Positions 23,701-38,939 of a stretch of 64,000 nucleotides of DNA are shown here, in pieces. The notes under the pieces are model-generated. The model was not told where the DNA came from. It worked only from the letters and a program-made list of their open reading frames with translations, and ran no database searches. The position numbers and the translations under genes are program-made. Positions within the stretch are counted from its first letter, which is position 1, and the number at the start of each line of letters is the position of its first letter. The DNA comes from Octopus sinensis (taxonomy: Eukaryota), in NCBI RefSeq assembly GCF_006345805.1, contig NC_042998.1, forward strand, positions 32,984,001-33,048,000, written 5' to 3'.

Positions 23701-25489
23701 GTGAGTAGGTGTAAGCGTATTGCTGTGGATGTCGAGCTTGATACGTATGATATGAGTGTGTATTGGGGAGTTGTACGTATTTATTGTGTGCATGCTTCAC
23801 GCACGTACGTCCATGTATGGATGAATATATTGGGATTGCTATGTGGGTGTAAATTGGGTATAGAGGGGGGAGTTTTGTCATTGTAGGGTGTAGGTTTCAT
23901 TTGTGATGGTGGTTTGTTGGTGATTTTTAATATGTTCTGTATATTGGTTAGTTATGTATTATTCTAGTGTGTATAATTGTATACATATGATTGGTGTGAG
24001 TGGGATTACGCCCATTTTTGGGGATGTATGTGTTTATTTGTCCGTATAGGGCGGGAGTGGCCGTTTGGTGTATATGTTGAGGCTCACATGCAATTCCAGG
24101 TACACGCGAATGAAGTGGGCACTTATATTTGTTATGGATGTGTATACTTTATTATAACAGACAATACCCAAATAAAATCTGTCAATTCAACATACCAAAT
24201 AAAAAACAAAAAACAAAGGGATCGTAAACATTCACACATACATACAAAACTCAATAAAAACACCACTAAATAACACCCATCAACATATAAATATATCCTC
24301 CAAAATACATATAACAAATGCATAATAAAAATACATAATAAAATAAAATAAAAATAAAAAAATATATAAATAAAGAAAATAAAAAAATCTAATATAAATT
24401 ATTAAAGTTTTAACATACCATAAACTGTTATATTAATATACATTAAAAGTGAACTAATTAAAACAAAGAAATATCAATAAAGACTAACTATAATTAAAGC
24501 CTAGACTACATATAATGAGCTTTATACATCCATTTGTGGATTATAGTCTTACAGTTGTTTCAGGTGTACATTTTGAGTGCGTCTGTGTTTCAAAAAAATA
24601 TCCTGAACGATCGGAGTTCAACTAATCAACTGCCAAAGGAAAGGAAGACAAGAAAAGAGAAAAGATGGAAAGAAAGAAAGGAAACAGAAAAAAAAATTAC
24701 TCAGAATGACATTTATACGGAACTAGATCGGCTGCTTCTAGCCATTAGCCTTAAGCTATTGTTCTCTCTTATCATGGTACAATGGTATCAACATACAGTA
24801 CGGAAATTAGATCCCCAAAAACTTTGTTAGGGCCGGCTTTTAGCGATTACAACTATATTTTGGATGTTATGCTAAGGGAGATGTTTGGGTACGCTCCCTG
24901 TTGCGATGGGTTAATAATTTAACATACAATATAGAAATCTGATACCCAGTAACTTCGTTAGGATTGGTAGCTTTTGCCGACTACTACTATATTTTAGACT
25001 CTGTGCCAAGGAAGGTGTTTGGCTTAATATTTTTTGAGATATACAGAAATATATTTCGACAGTTGTAGATGATACATAATTATTTTGTCCGTTATAATTC
25101 TGTTGCTTTTAATTGTAATTGATATAAAGTTTCATGGCTAACGCACACGCTCATGAGGCATAGGCATTTGAATTATTTTTTTATACTATCCAGCCGTCCT
25201 TTCACACGGAATTTCCCCTATCTTCAAACTATTGGCTCTAATGAGGCTTATATAAGGGAATTGAATTGTTTATATATCAAAAAATGTATATAAGTCAAAG
25301 CAAATTGTTGGCTTTTTTGGGTTTTTTTTTAGTAATTGTTTATGTTGCCATACCTTATAATATATTCATGGTATATCATGTTATATAATATATTATGCTA
25401 TATAATATTATGTTATATAATATAAATAATTATTGGATTGTCAATTGTATCTCTCTATTTAATTTTCATATATATATGTTATTTTGTTG

Positions 25490-26600
25490 ATTTAAGCAAG
25501 GCACTCGATACGGTTAATCGAAATGCTCTGTGGCTAATTCGATGAAAAATACGTTGCCCAGAAATATTTGTGAACATGATCAGGGTTTTGCATTAAGATA
25601 TGAAGGCTAGAGTTAATTTTGGTGGTAGGCTCTCAGAATCATTTGCCGTGAACAATGGATTAAAGCAAGGAGACCTTGATGCACCCACACCCTTTGCAAT
25701 ATACGTTACTGCTGTGTTGTTACACGCTTTTCAAAACTCCGAGGAAAGTAGTTACATAAGGTATCGAGCAACAGGGAATGTTTTTAATCTTACCAGACTG
25801 AAATTCAAAACAAAGGTTTTTACTTCACTCATTAGGGAACTCTTATACTCTAACGATTGCAATTTAGTCAGTCACTCTGAAATGGGCCTGCAGTCTCTTG
25901 TATCGGCATTTGACACAGCTTGTGATTGTTTTGGTCTGACTATCAGCTTGAAAAAACAGTTGTAATGTTTCAACTTGAACGTGGTTCTGTTTGCAACTCC
26001 TCTAAAAATTTCGTTAAGGGTAAATTACTTGAAGTTGTTGGCTCTTTCATTTACTTTGGAAGCCTTGTACAAAATGAGGGAAATCTGGACACAGAAATAC
26101 ATCTGCGAATTCAAATGGCAGCACAAGCATTTAGTGATTTGGAGTCATGTTTTTTGCGCTAGCGACATATAAATGACAGCACAAAATTGGCCCTTTACAA
26201 ATAGTTTGTCTCACCATCCCTGTTGTATTCTTCTGAATCATGGACATGTTATGAAAGACATTAAAAATCTTTAAAACTCTTCCACCTAAAGCGCCTTCGC
26301 CGCATTTTAAATATTAAATGGGTCTTTTTTTTTTATTCCAGATACAGATGTCTTTGCGTCTGCAGGCATCACTTCAATTAGATAAATGATTCTGAAAAAT
26401 CAAATGAAATTATATGGCCATATTGTTCGAAAAGCGGATGAACGCATACCCAAACAGCTGGGAGAGAGCCTGCAAAGAGGAAACGCAATCGGTGTAATCC
26501 TAAAAAGAAGTTTAAGGGCAGCATAAGTCATTTGGAATGGATCCAAAGGCCATAGAAAGCCTTGCTTCGGATCGAGCTGGATGGCGAACAAAAGTCGTCT
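25490..26600 (+). mobile_element. RTE-clade LINE (BovB-like) RT region, decayed
   Basis: VDLSKALDTVNR, GLKQGD..APTPF, ELLYSNDC, FIYFGS and downstream thumb motifs; stops and frameshifts. Confidence 0.85.
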
Positions 26601-26628
26601 AGTTGTTTGCTTACGTTTTTTTAAGTTG

Positions 26629-27009
26629 GTCTAGGTGTTTGCACACAGGAATTTTCCTGATCGTGGGGTCTCGGATTTGTTACCTGTCAAAATTTTATAA
26701 AAATATCACTTTACCTGTACTTCGAAGTACTTAATCTATGTTCCCAAATGTGGAGGGTGTGGTGGAGACTACATAGGTCAAACTAGTTTAACCTTGATGG
26801 ACAGGCTAATGGTGCACAGGTAACAAATCCGGCACCCCATAACCAGGAAAATTTCCGTAAGAAAACACCTAGCTCAATGCCCCGTAAACAAACCCGTAAT
26901 ACTAAATCTTTCCTCTCTATCAATGCACCAGAAACACTTCAACCCAGTTCCGTTTAAATAAGGAAATCATACTCATTAAAAAATATAAACCACAGCTGAA
27001 TATTTTTTA
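26629..27009 (+). mobile_element. Penelope-like GIY-YIG endonuclease relic preceded by an inverted duplication
   Basis: FTCTSKYLIYVPKCGGCGGDYIGQTS...RLMVHR*QIRHP...RLNKEIILIKKYKPQLN; ~26629-26690 is an inverted copy of ~26816-26872. Confidence 0.8.
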
Positions 27010-27919
27010 GAGAGAAGAAAAAACGCTAAAGAGAAAAAGAAAATCAATTTCTCTTCAAAAAAGCAACCAGGTACAACAGAAAATTTCTAAAACCTTAAGT
27101 AACAGTTTTCTATCCGAGCTTCGAAACTGCAACTCCAAATCACCATACAATAACACCGTTCAAACACCAGTTGCTAACGTCACCTAACACTAGACCAATG
27201 AAATTTTACCTCCGATCAAAACCGAACTTGAGCAAATACAACAAAACGACCCTTTAAAAGAATCAGCCAACTGGAATGGCTGACTGTCCTCCACAGGGAA
27301 GCCAACCAGGCAGAACGACGAACTTGACCACCAGAAAAACAAGATGTCACCAGTACTTTAATGGACCAAAAATCAGACCCGTTCGCGGAAAAAAAATTAT
27401 AAATATACCGGATTCCAAAAAACACCGTTAGAAGCGAAAGTTCCTGCACAGGACGGAAAGAGAATCACAGAAACTGTAAACCAAATCCCTTTTTTTTTAC
27501 TATTTTCATTTCTCCCTTGTTTTTCTCCCTCTTAACTCAATATGACTGAAACTTGGATGATATTCATTTCTTGTCGACCACTACTAATACTAATGAGTTT
27601 TGTACATTTAAACAAGTTGATCCACAGTTTTTATATTTTTGAATGTTAAGAGCATTTAAACTTGTCAACATTGAAACATTTAACTATGTTTTTCTAATTC
27701 ATAATTCTAAATTTTTACCATTGATAAACGAAAAAATATTGTTGAGCTAGTTTGTTATATATGTATATAAATCTATTTTAAATTTAGGTGCATTTTCAAA
27801 ATCAAATTTGCCTATGTTTTTCTCCTGCGTGGAAGTACACCCACCTCTTTTGTTACACATACACACACACACACACATACGCACACACACAAACCGAAGG
27901 CAGCTTGGTTTTTCCAAGT

Positions 27920-28080
27920 TACGAGGTCTGATCAATAAGTTTTGAGACTTGCTATAGTAACGAAGCTAAGGCATGCAGTGTAAAGCCACTTAGCAAAGAT
28001 TGACTTTAAACTCTGTTGTGCATGCACACTAAGTTTTAACGTTCTAGCTCACTTCCGCTGTTCACAGCAGTGCTTGGAAG
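27920..28080 (+). mobile_element. mariner-like terminal fragment
   Basis: TA-CGAGGTCTGATCAATAAGT resembles a mariner TIR start. Confidence 0.55.
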
Positions 28081-28215
28081 GAAGGTCGTAGCGTGTGATA
28101 CCTGCTCAGAGGCCTCCGCAAACTTTCAGGAAGTGTATGTGAAGGAGTGTATGTGCTGCACACAAGTCTACGATGGCCGAAAAATTGTCGATATTGTATA
28201 AATTTGTTTAAAAAA

Positions 28216-28502
28216 GCATGGCTTAGTGGATGGGGTATTCGGCTCACGATCGAAAGGTCGTGAGTTCAATTCCCGGCGACGCGTTGTGCCCTTGAGTAAG
28301 ACACTATATTTCACGTTGCTCCAGTCCATTCAGCTGTATTTCAAAGGGCCAGCTGTGTCACGCTGAATCTCCCTGAGAACTACGTTGAGGGTACATGCGT
28401 CTGTGAAGTGCTCAGCCACTTGCACGTTAATTTCACGAGTAAGTTGTTCCGTTGATCGTATCATTTGGGACCCTCGTCGTCGTAACCAACGGAGTGCTCC
28501 TT
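28216..28502 (+). mobile_element. CORE-type tRNA SINE sharing the family C 3' tail
   Basis: tRNA-like head (TGGCTTAGTGG...GAGTTCAATTCC), CORE-like CCTTGAGTAAGACACT...CCAGTCCATTCAGCTG, then the family C tail. Confidence 0.7.
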
Positions 28503-29039
28503 CTATACATATGTGTGTGTGTTTGCTTGTACGTGTGTGTGTGTGTTCTTATTTAAAATTCTAATGAAATATTTTCAGTACTGAAGGTTAGACTATAAAT
28601 ATCTATTATGATTTAAAGCCATTCCCCATCACTTTGTGTTTCGTATCAATCATACTCTTTCCACTGACAGTATTTCAATCATTGAGATGTTTGTCTGTAA
28701 GCCAGGATAGAAAGCTAATCAAACTGAAGCACGAATCTCGCCTGAGACAACCATATTGCTATAAGACTTCTGGAATCCACCGAGCAGCTCTTGAATATTA
28801 ACGACGCATAATAGTAACAATTATGTGTACTATCACACAGCAGATATATAAATAACAAGAGAACTGCGCTACATCTTTTGGTGGTGACATTTTAAGAATG
28901 TTTACAGTGCACGACCCCAGGACTAGCGCGCATAGACTTACATCGGATGGAAGATATCAGAAAGATGTATCGTAAAATACAGTATTGCCGAAAGCTGAGC
29001 CTCGAGACCTGAGTGAGTTGAGTGCAGATTCAACATATA

Positions 29040-29244
29040 TTTCTTTACTACCCACAAGGGATTAAACACAGAGGGGAGACAAACAAGGACAGACAAACGG
29101 GTTAAGTCGATTACATCGACCCCAGTGCGTTACTGGTACTTATTTAATCGACCCCGAAAGGATGAAAGGCAAAGTCGACCTCGGCGGAATTTTAACTCAG
29201 AACGTAACGGCAGACGAAATACGGCTACGCATTTCGCCCGGCGA
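29040..29244 (-). mobile_element. SINE family A, 5'-truncated, with 17-bp TSD
   Basis: TGCAGATTCAACATATA at 29023-29039 and 29245-29261. Confidence 0.85.
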
Positions 29245-29263
29245 TGCAGATTCAACATATAAG

Positions 29264-29549
29264 CAGTAGCGGACTGGCCAGGCTACCAGCTTGCTCGATG
29301 GCAAGTGGGCCATATACGGGGACCTATGTTAGTATCTAAGGAGCCCGTCCCCTCGAGTTTGATAATTTTTTATTCACTTCTAGAAGAATGCGTTAATTAT
29401 TTCAGCCTGGCTGTGTTTGTAGACAGTTGAAAAGAACACTTTTAACCAAAAAAAAATAAATAAATAAAAGATAGCATTGTAGTTGTGGGTGCCCCCCCCC
29501 CCCCATTAGTCTCCTGGCAACAAATATTTTTAGACCCAGTCCGCCACTG
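29264..29549. mobile_element. hAT-type MITE
   Basis: TIR CAGTAGCGGACTGG / CCAGTCCGCCACTG; 8-bp TSD CATATAAG at 29256-29263 and 29550-29557. Confidence 0.85.
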
Positions 29550-29577
29550 CATATAAGCTATATCTTTCCATCTGTAC

Positions 29578-29792
29578 GGCGGCGAGCTGGCAGAAACGTT
29601 CGCTCGCCGGGCGAAATGCTTAGCGGTATTTCGTCTGTCGTTACGTTCTGAGTTCAAATTCCGCCGAGGTCGACTTTGCCTTTCATCCTTTCGGGGTCGA
29701 TAAATAAAGTACTAGTTACGCACTGGGGTCGATGCAATCGACTTAATCTCTTTGTCTTTCCTTGTTTGTCCCCTTGTGGGTAGTAAAGAAAT
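29578..29792 (+). mobile_element. SINE family A
   Basis: Full head to tail. Confidence 0.85.
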
Positions 29793-29821
29793 ATATATCT
29801 ATCCATCTATCTAGCTATCCT

Positions 29822-31880
<2,059 letters not shown>

Positions 31881-31884
31881 GAGG

Positions 31885-32020
31885 AGGTCGCCAGAATTTT
31901 GGAAAAAGATTTTTTTTTTTAATATAGTCATTATTAGCGCTTTCGTTCGATTTTCAAACTTGGTCAAATAAAATTCTTTTTGTGAATGTACAAACAGGTT
32001 GTTTATTTATATAAAACATC
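31885..32020. mobile_element. Fragment of the foldback MITE family at 5311-5644
   Basis: CATTATTAGCGCTTTCGTTCG...CAAATAAAATT...TATATAAAACA shared. Confidence 0.55.
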
Positions 32021-32035
32021 TAGCCATGCACATAC

Positions 32036-32280
32036 ATATCTAAATGACAAACCTCTGGAAAGCTTTACAGACCTCTACAGCTCCAGTGATGAACTGGATC
32101 TGCAGTCCTCGAACTAGCCTTCTCCTTTCTGGTTTTGAGAAGCCCAATTTCTCAAGATTGGCATTTAGACAGAGTGCTGCACATCCCAGGGCCCCAATAA
32201 TTACAGATATAAACCTGAACTTGCAATCAACACAGAGTACTTCGTATTTTTTATGTTCTGTTAAACTTTTAGTCAAATAA
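32036..32280 (-). mobile_element. 3' end of an RLE-clade LINE ORF
   Basis: KKYEVL...FRFISVIIGALG...LEKLGF...LQIQFITGAVEVCKAF resembles the restriction-like endonuclease C-terminus. Confidence 0.65.
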
Positions 32281-32628
32281 CTCGATTTTTAATATTGAAT
32301 CTAAATTATATTTCAAATTTAATTGTTATAATTTCTTCCATTTAACTGCTATCCACATTTTAACCATTACCACGTCCTCTTTTATAATTTCTCTTTTCCT
32401 GTAACATTCTTGTTATGGTTTTCTTCCCAAGTTCACTTTCTTAAAGATCTTCATCAAATCCTATCTTCTAAGATTCATATTTTAGCCCTCAGCTTGTCAA
32501 ACTTCCTCTCAGAGCCGATTATATCAAATTCTGTTGTGTTTCCTTATTCCCTATCTCTTTCAAATTTGTGTTGAAGGAATTTATAACGAAATGTCTTATT
32601 TTCCTCTATTTCTCGTAGTTCCTTTAAT

Positions 32629-32663
<35 letters not shown>

Positions 32664-32691
32664 ACACACACACACACACCACACATATATA

Positions 32692-32732
<41 letters not shown>

Positions 32733-33072
32733 TATATATAAACATACACTATATATATGAATATATAGATATACACAACACACAGATACATACATATCAG
32801 TTTACAGTATAACACCTTACGGTCATATAAAATTTGCCTCTTAATTGTATACACAACTCTAAATTTATCACTGTATCTTCATTAATAATCATAGCTTTTC
32901 TGTAATCGTTCTAATAAAATTATACAATATTTATTGACTTATCAAAACAGTATTTTCAACGTTTTTGTCTACTGTTTTTCCTACCGTGAGCAATTCTACT
33001 TATCTGTTTGATTTATAACTCTTAATTATCTATTCATATAATCTATAAATCAGTTTATAAATATTTTTATAT

Positions 33073-33465
33073 CGTGACAGTCCGTCGGTTACAACGACGA
33101 GGGTTCCAGTTGATCGAGTCAACGGAACAGCCTGCTCGTGAAATTAACGTGCAAGTGGCTGAGCACTCCACAGACACGAGTACTCTTAACGTAGTTCTCG
33201 GGGGAGATTCAACGCGACACAGAGTGTGACAAGGCTGGCCTTTTGAAATACAGGTACAACAGAAACAGGAAGAAAGAGTGAGAGAATGTTGTGGTGAAAA
33301 AGTACAGCAGAGTTCGCCATCACCCCTGCCGGAGCCTCGCGGAGCTTTAGGTGTCTTTTTCTTTTTCGCACAATAAACTCTCACAACGCCCGGACTGGGA
33401 ATCGAAACCGCGATCCTACGACCGCGAATCCGCTGCCCTAACCACTGGGCCATTGCGGCTCCACA
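33073..33465 (-). mobile_element. SINE family C, full length
   Basis: tRNA-like head TGGCCCAGTGGTTAGG...GGTTTCGATTCCC, body and tail as at 1-600. Confidence 0.85.
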
Positions 33466-33544
33466 TTTTTATATATAGTGTATGAAACGGTGTGTGTGTG
33501 TGCATGCGCGCGCTTATATAAATATTATTCCGAAAACAACAGCA

Positions 33545-33601
33545 CAGAGGAATCGACGTAAGCTTAAATAATAAACTGCGATATGCCGAGGGATCACTGT
33601 A
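33545..33601 (-). mobile_element. pogo/Tigger-like terminal fragment
   Basis: Reverse complement begins TA-CAGTGATCCCTCG. Confidence 0.45.
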
Positions 33602-33643
33602 ATATATATATATATATCATACATACATACATTACACACACAA

Positions 33644-33716
<73 letters not shown>

Positions 33717-33859
33717 TTTTGAATGTCTATGAAGATTTCTTATACTTTTTGAAAGTGTAAAAGTGATTTTTTAAAACAAATCATTTTTTTTTATGTTATG
33801 AAAACTGTTATAAGGATGGTACTAATCTTTTTTGAGAATCACGTGATCACGTGATAGAC

Positions 33860-34137
33860 CAGATCCTTGAATGTTGATATACGTGGCTGGTCACAATGCG
33901 CTTTCCATCGTTTTAGCTCCTGAAAGATGCCACCTCGCTGGCTTGCTGAGTAGGTCAACATTCTTCCCTCATCAAAAGGCTAATATGTTGTTGGGTGACC
34001 CATTTACAGCTTAGTTGACTGGGGCAACATGAAATGAAGTATTTTGCTCGAAATCACAACCGTCATTCTCCCTAGGAATGGAACCCATGATCAAGTGATC
34101 GCGAGTGCAACGCCCTAACTATTCGGCCTCGTGCCTT
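33860..34137 (-). mobile_element. CORE-type tRNA SINE, diverged
   Basis: Reverse complement: tRNA-like head then GAGCAAAATACTTCATTTCATGTTGCCCCAGTCAACTAAGCTG. Confidence 0.55.
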
Positions 34138-34249
34138 CACGTGTGTCTGTCTGAATATATATTTGCTTGTGTGAAAGTTCTATTTACTGTACTTGTCTGC
34201 AAATTTGTATAATGTGCATCTCTCTTTTTTCTCTTTTACTTGTGTCTGC

Positions 34250-34459
34250 CATTTGACTGTGGCCATGCTGGAGCACAGCCTTTAGACGAGCAAGTCGACC
34301 CCATGATGTATTCTTTGTAAGCCTAGTACTTATTCTATCGGCCTCTTTTGCCGAACCGCTAAGTTATGGGGACGTAAACACACAGCATCGTCTGTCAAGC
34401 GATGTTGGGGGACAAACACACACACACAAATACACACAGACACACACACACACATACAT

Positions 34460-34542
<83 letters not shown>

Positions 34543-34712
34543 CATACATATATACGACGGGCTTCTTTCATGTTCCGTGTACCAAATCCACTCACAGGCT
34601 TTGGTCGGCCCGAGGCTGTAGTAGAAGACACTATGCCCAAGGTGCCACGCAGTGGGACTGAACCTGGAACCATGCGGTTGGTAAGCAAAATACTAACCAC
34701 ACAGCCACTCCT
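34250..34712 (-). mobile_element. SINE family B, near full length, with internal (TA/TG)n
   Basis: Head GGAGTGGCTGTGTGG...GGTTCAGTCCC, CORE-like ACCTTGGGCA, microsatellite, 3' half. Confidence 0.85.
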
Positions 34713-35507
34713 ACGCCTCTGTTGGTTTATTTATAAGAAGTTACTCAAGAATAAAGGGATTTGAATAACAACACCTATGGGTAAAGACCCCCGTCGGTCA
34801 TGAATGACCATTGGATTGCACCTAGAAAGTTCCCCTTTGAGGCACAAGTCTGGACATGGTTTTGTATTAAGCCTCTTCTACCTTGGTCTCTCCTCAAGTA
34901 CAACTGAGTGATATCAGTTTCCAATACATTGTCAACAATTTTCTAGTTTTTCTGTCAAGTTTTTCTATATCGTTTTTATACTTATCAACATTAATGAACA
35001 TTTTGGTTCTTAAAATATCTAATAAATATATATGAAGTTTTCAGTTCGCTGTGATCTATCAAGATGTATTGTGTGTTTAATCTGATTCTATTCACAATAT
35101 TCCATTGATACACAATTTCTCTTAGTGTGAACAATAAAACATTCTTAAGTTTCTAAAGTAACGTATCACATCGCTGAAAATAATATTTTAAGAACACGTT
35201 ATGACAATTAAATCATGATTTTAGATACAATATAAGAAATTCCTGACAGATTTCACAATTAATTACCATTAAAGTATAGTTAATGGTCATTTTGATTCAC
35301 TCGCTCATCTTTTCATTATGATTTTTCCGTGATATTTGTCATTTATCAAATATATCATTTTAGATTGAGTTTCATTGTCTCTCATTTTCTCGTTATCTCT
35401 TCTCATATTTTCTCTTTATCCGCACTTACATATACACCCAAAACATCATTATGTATGTGTATATATACATGTACATACATACATACATACATACATACAT
35501 ACATACA

Positions 35508-35584
<77 letters not shown>

Positions 35585-36120
35585 ATACATATATGTACAC
35601 GTAGACCCTTATACGCATATACATGCATACAAATACATGTGTGTGAATGTGTATTTATGCGTATAAATGTATGTCTGTATGTATATATGTGTGTATTTAT
35701 GTATGTACATTATCTTTCTGTGTATGATTTTTTCTATGATTAATTGTGATATTTAAAAATATGTTTTTCTCGGTATCGTTTATAAATTAATGTTTGAATA
35801 CACGACCAAAGAAATATTCCGACAAATTATATTTCATTATTTGTATCTTTTTGATATTCAATGCTATTTACCAATGTATGTTGGAATTAACATATGTAGT
35901 TACAGGACAAAATATCTTGGATCTTCTTATATTTACACTTATTGTATTTACACTGAAATTGTAATTGGTAAGTTACAAGATTTCCTATCCCATAATTATG
36001 TTTGAGGAAAAATTGCATAAAAACAAGAATTTCTCTGTGTTCTTGCAGAAGTCGTTACCACAATCAATATACGTGTGTACACACACGTACACACACACAC
36101 ATGTATGTATATATGTATGC

Positions 36121-36153
<33 letters not shown>

Positions 36154-36388
36154 CATATATTAATTAATTAATTAATTTAAAAAATTAAAAAATAAATAAA
36201 TAAATTTAAAAAATTTAGAAATTTATAAATATAAATTAATAATTTCAATTTTAAATTTAAATAATTTAAATTTTTTAATTTTATATTTTATATATTTTGT
36301 ATATTATATTAATTATTTTTATTTTTATGTTTTGGTTTATGTTTTTCATTGTTTGATTTGGCCTAATAGTGGTTTTATCTCTAATTTA

Positions 36389-36459
<71 letters not shown>

Positions 36460-36879
36460 TGTATATATATGTATGCATATCATTATATTCAATGATAAAA
36501 TCTATATAGGATTTTATCAAGTAGCTAGCATGTAAAAAACCATTTATATACAAGTTAAATCTAGTTCGTTCATCTCAGCCACGTGTGAATAACCAAAAAA
36601 TATTCAGCAGCGAAAAACTTTGGTTCGAGTGAATTCATATTTATCATTATAATCAAGCATAAAATCTGTATCGGATTTTATCAAGAAGCTAGCATGTAAA
36701 AAACCCATTTAGACAGAAATTAATACGAAGTATTTAATTTTAGAAATATAATTATAAAGTTATAAAACCAAATGCTGAGTAATGCCTCATGCTAGAAGAA
36801 GACGCCAAATGGCTCTATAATCGTAAACATTTTCATATGCACCGTGGATTGGGTTTGTATCGTATGTATAAATATGTAT

Positions 36880-38930
36880 AATTATGATCCTACCAAAGCT
36901 GACCAGAATAAGCATGGGAAGAGATCACAGTAGCAGACCTAAGGATAACACTCACGAAGGTTCGTAAGTGGAAAGCCCCTGGTAATGATAGGGGGCCAAA
37001 TTTCTGGCTTGCATCGCTCTCGTGTGACATGAAAAGTTAGTCCAGTTATTCAATGAAATTATGGGAGATCCTACAAAAACACCGAAGTATAATGAAGCGA
37101 AATTTCCTCAAAACTATTGGCCCATAACATGTCTATCTACCACGTATACAATTTTAACATCCCTCCTCGTGGAGAAAACACAAATTGATGGAACAGAACG
37201 ATATTTTCCCCACTGAACAAAAAGGATATCGACAAGGCTTATATGAATGCGAAGATAAACACTTAATAAATCGCATTATCCTTGAGAAATGTTATGTCAA
37301 ACGCAGAAACTTCAGTTCCGCATGGATTGATTATGAAAAAGTCTTTTGACAGCATACTGCATTCATAGATCTTAAATCGCTGCATATCTTCAAAGTCTCT
37401 GCTGTGATTTCAAACTTCCTGAAGTACATGTCAATTTGGAATACGAATCTCCAATTATGCAATTATAGCACTCTGGTAGAGTACTTACCACAAAAAATAT
37501 TAACATCAATTGCGGCATTTTCCAAGGTGACTCACTTTCACCTTTAATTTCCTGCATAGCCCTAATACCCCTTACAAGTGAACTTAACAGAGCAGAGTAT
37601 GGATATAAAATGTGCGACAAGGTAAAACTGTACAGCAAAGATGATAATGAGCTTGAAGGCCTACTACGTAGTGTGAAAGCATTCAGTGAGGACATCGGGA
37701 TGAAATTTGATCTTAATAAATGTGCCAAGGCCACTTTTCAGAAAGGGAAATTGAAGACCTCATATTCAATGGTGTTAGATGTTTACACAGTTATAAGAGA
37801 ACTCGAGCAGGAACAAACTTACAAATACCTCGGAATAAATAAGGGCTCTGGCATTCAGCATGCAAGCATGAAAGTGAAGATCAAGAAGGAATGTTGCAGG
37901 AGAGTTCGAGCAGTCCTAAAATCCGAGTTAAATGCGTGTAACAAGGTGTTAGCTATAAATTCCTTAGCAGTTCCGGTTGTTATTTACAGTTTCAATGTGC
38001 TGGACTGGAATATCAACGAAATAAGTAAGATTGACAGGAAAATCCGTAAGCTGCTGACTTGCAATAAGATGCACCACCCAAAAGCAGACGCAGATCGTCT
38101 TTACCTACCCACAGCTCAAGGCGGTCGAGGCTTGATCCAATTTGAAATCTCCTATAAAACCACCAAAATTGGACTGGTAAAATATCTTGAAGCATCTAAC
38201 GACTGAATGCTAAAGCTCGTTGAAAACGATAAAACACATATGAAGCTTCATTCTGTTATGAAGGAGAGCAAAGCATTTTCAAGTGAGTTTATGCACAATA
38301 CTCAGGTTAAACAGCATAATGGAAGTGCAACAAATTTAGTTGAAAAGAAGGTGAAATCAATAGCAAAGCAAAATGCGCTTGAACAATTGGCTGATAGCTG
38401 GGAACAAAAACCTCTGTATGGTAAATAAATGGCCTGTAGCAAACAAGATGATGTAGACCAGAAGCATTCCCATCAATGGCTATGGAGCTCGGGGCTAAAG
38501 GAAGAGAGTGACGGCTTTATCTTGGCTACCTAAAATCAGAGCTTGTTGACCTGGAACTATCAAGCCAATGTGATGAAAAATGTAGACCCAAAGTGCCGAT
38601 ACTGCAAAGATGGGATTGAAACAGTGGACCACCTAATCTCTGGATGTAAGGTTTTAGCACCTGTAGAGCACAAATCAAGACATAACACAGTTTGCCAATA
38701 TCTACTTTGGATAATGTGTCAGCATTATAAAATCAAAACTGCTGACAAATGGTACAAGCACCACCCTGAGGCTGTAGCTGAGTGAGAAAAGGTAACGATT
38801 CTCTGGGACTTTCCAGTATGTATTGACCGGATTGTCAAAGCAAATAAACTTGATATTGTGAAATATCAAAACAATAAAGTCTGTTTATTGATTGACATAA
38901 GCATACCCTGTGACCATAATACATTACCTT
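36880..38930 (+). mobile_element. R4/Dong-like non-LTR retrotransposon, 5'-truncated and decayed
   Basis: WKAPG.D, GIFQGDSLSP, IGMKFDLNKCAK, YKYLG, LYLP.AQGGRGL, CRYC...ETVDHLISGC, RHN, ILWDF, LLIDISIP. Confidence 0.9.
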
Positions 38931-38939
38931 GTCTTGGTA

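Larger units (their letters stand above)
20952..24520 (-). mobile_element. Second copy of the long G-depleted PLE-like element, with an internal inversion
   Basis: Colinear with about 7050-9110 up to ~23000; G-rich inverted body segment at ~23700-24130. Confidence 0.6.

Noticed and set aside
36480-36716. ~75-bp diverged direct repeat (36480-36556 and 36643-36716)
   Set aside because: Real but unremarkable local duplication with no assignable function.
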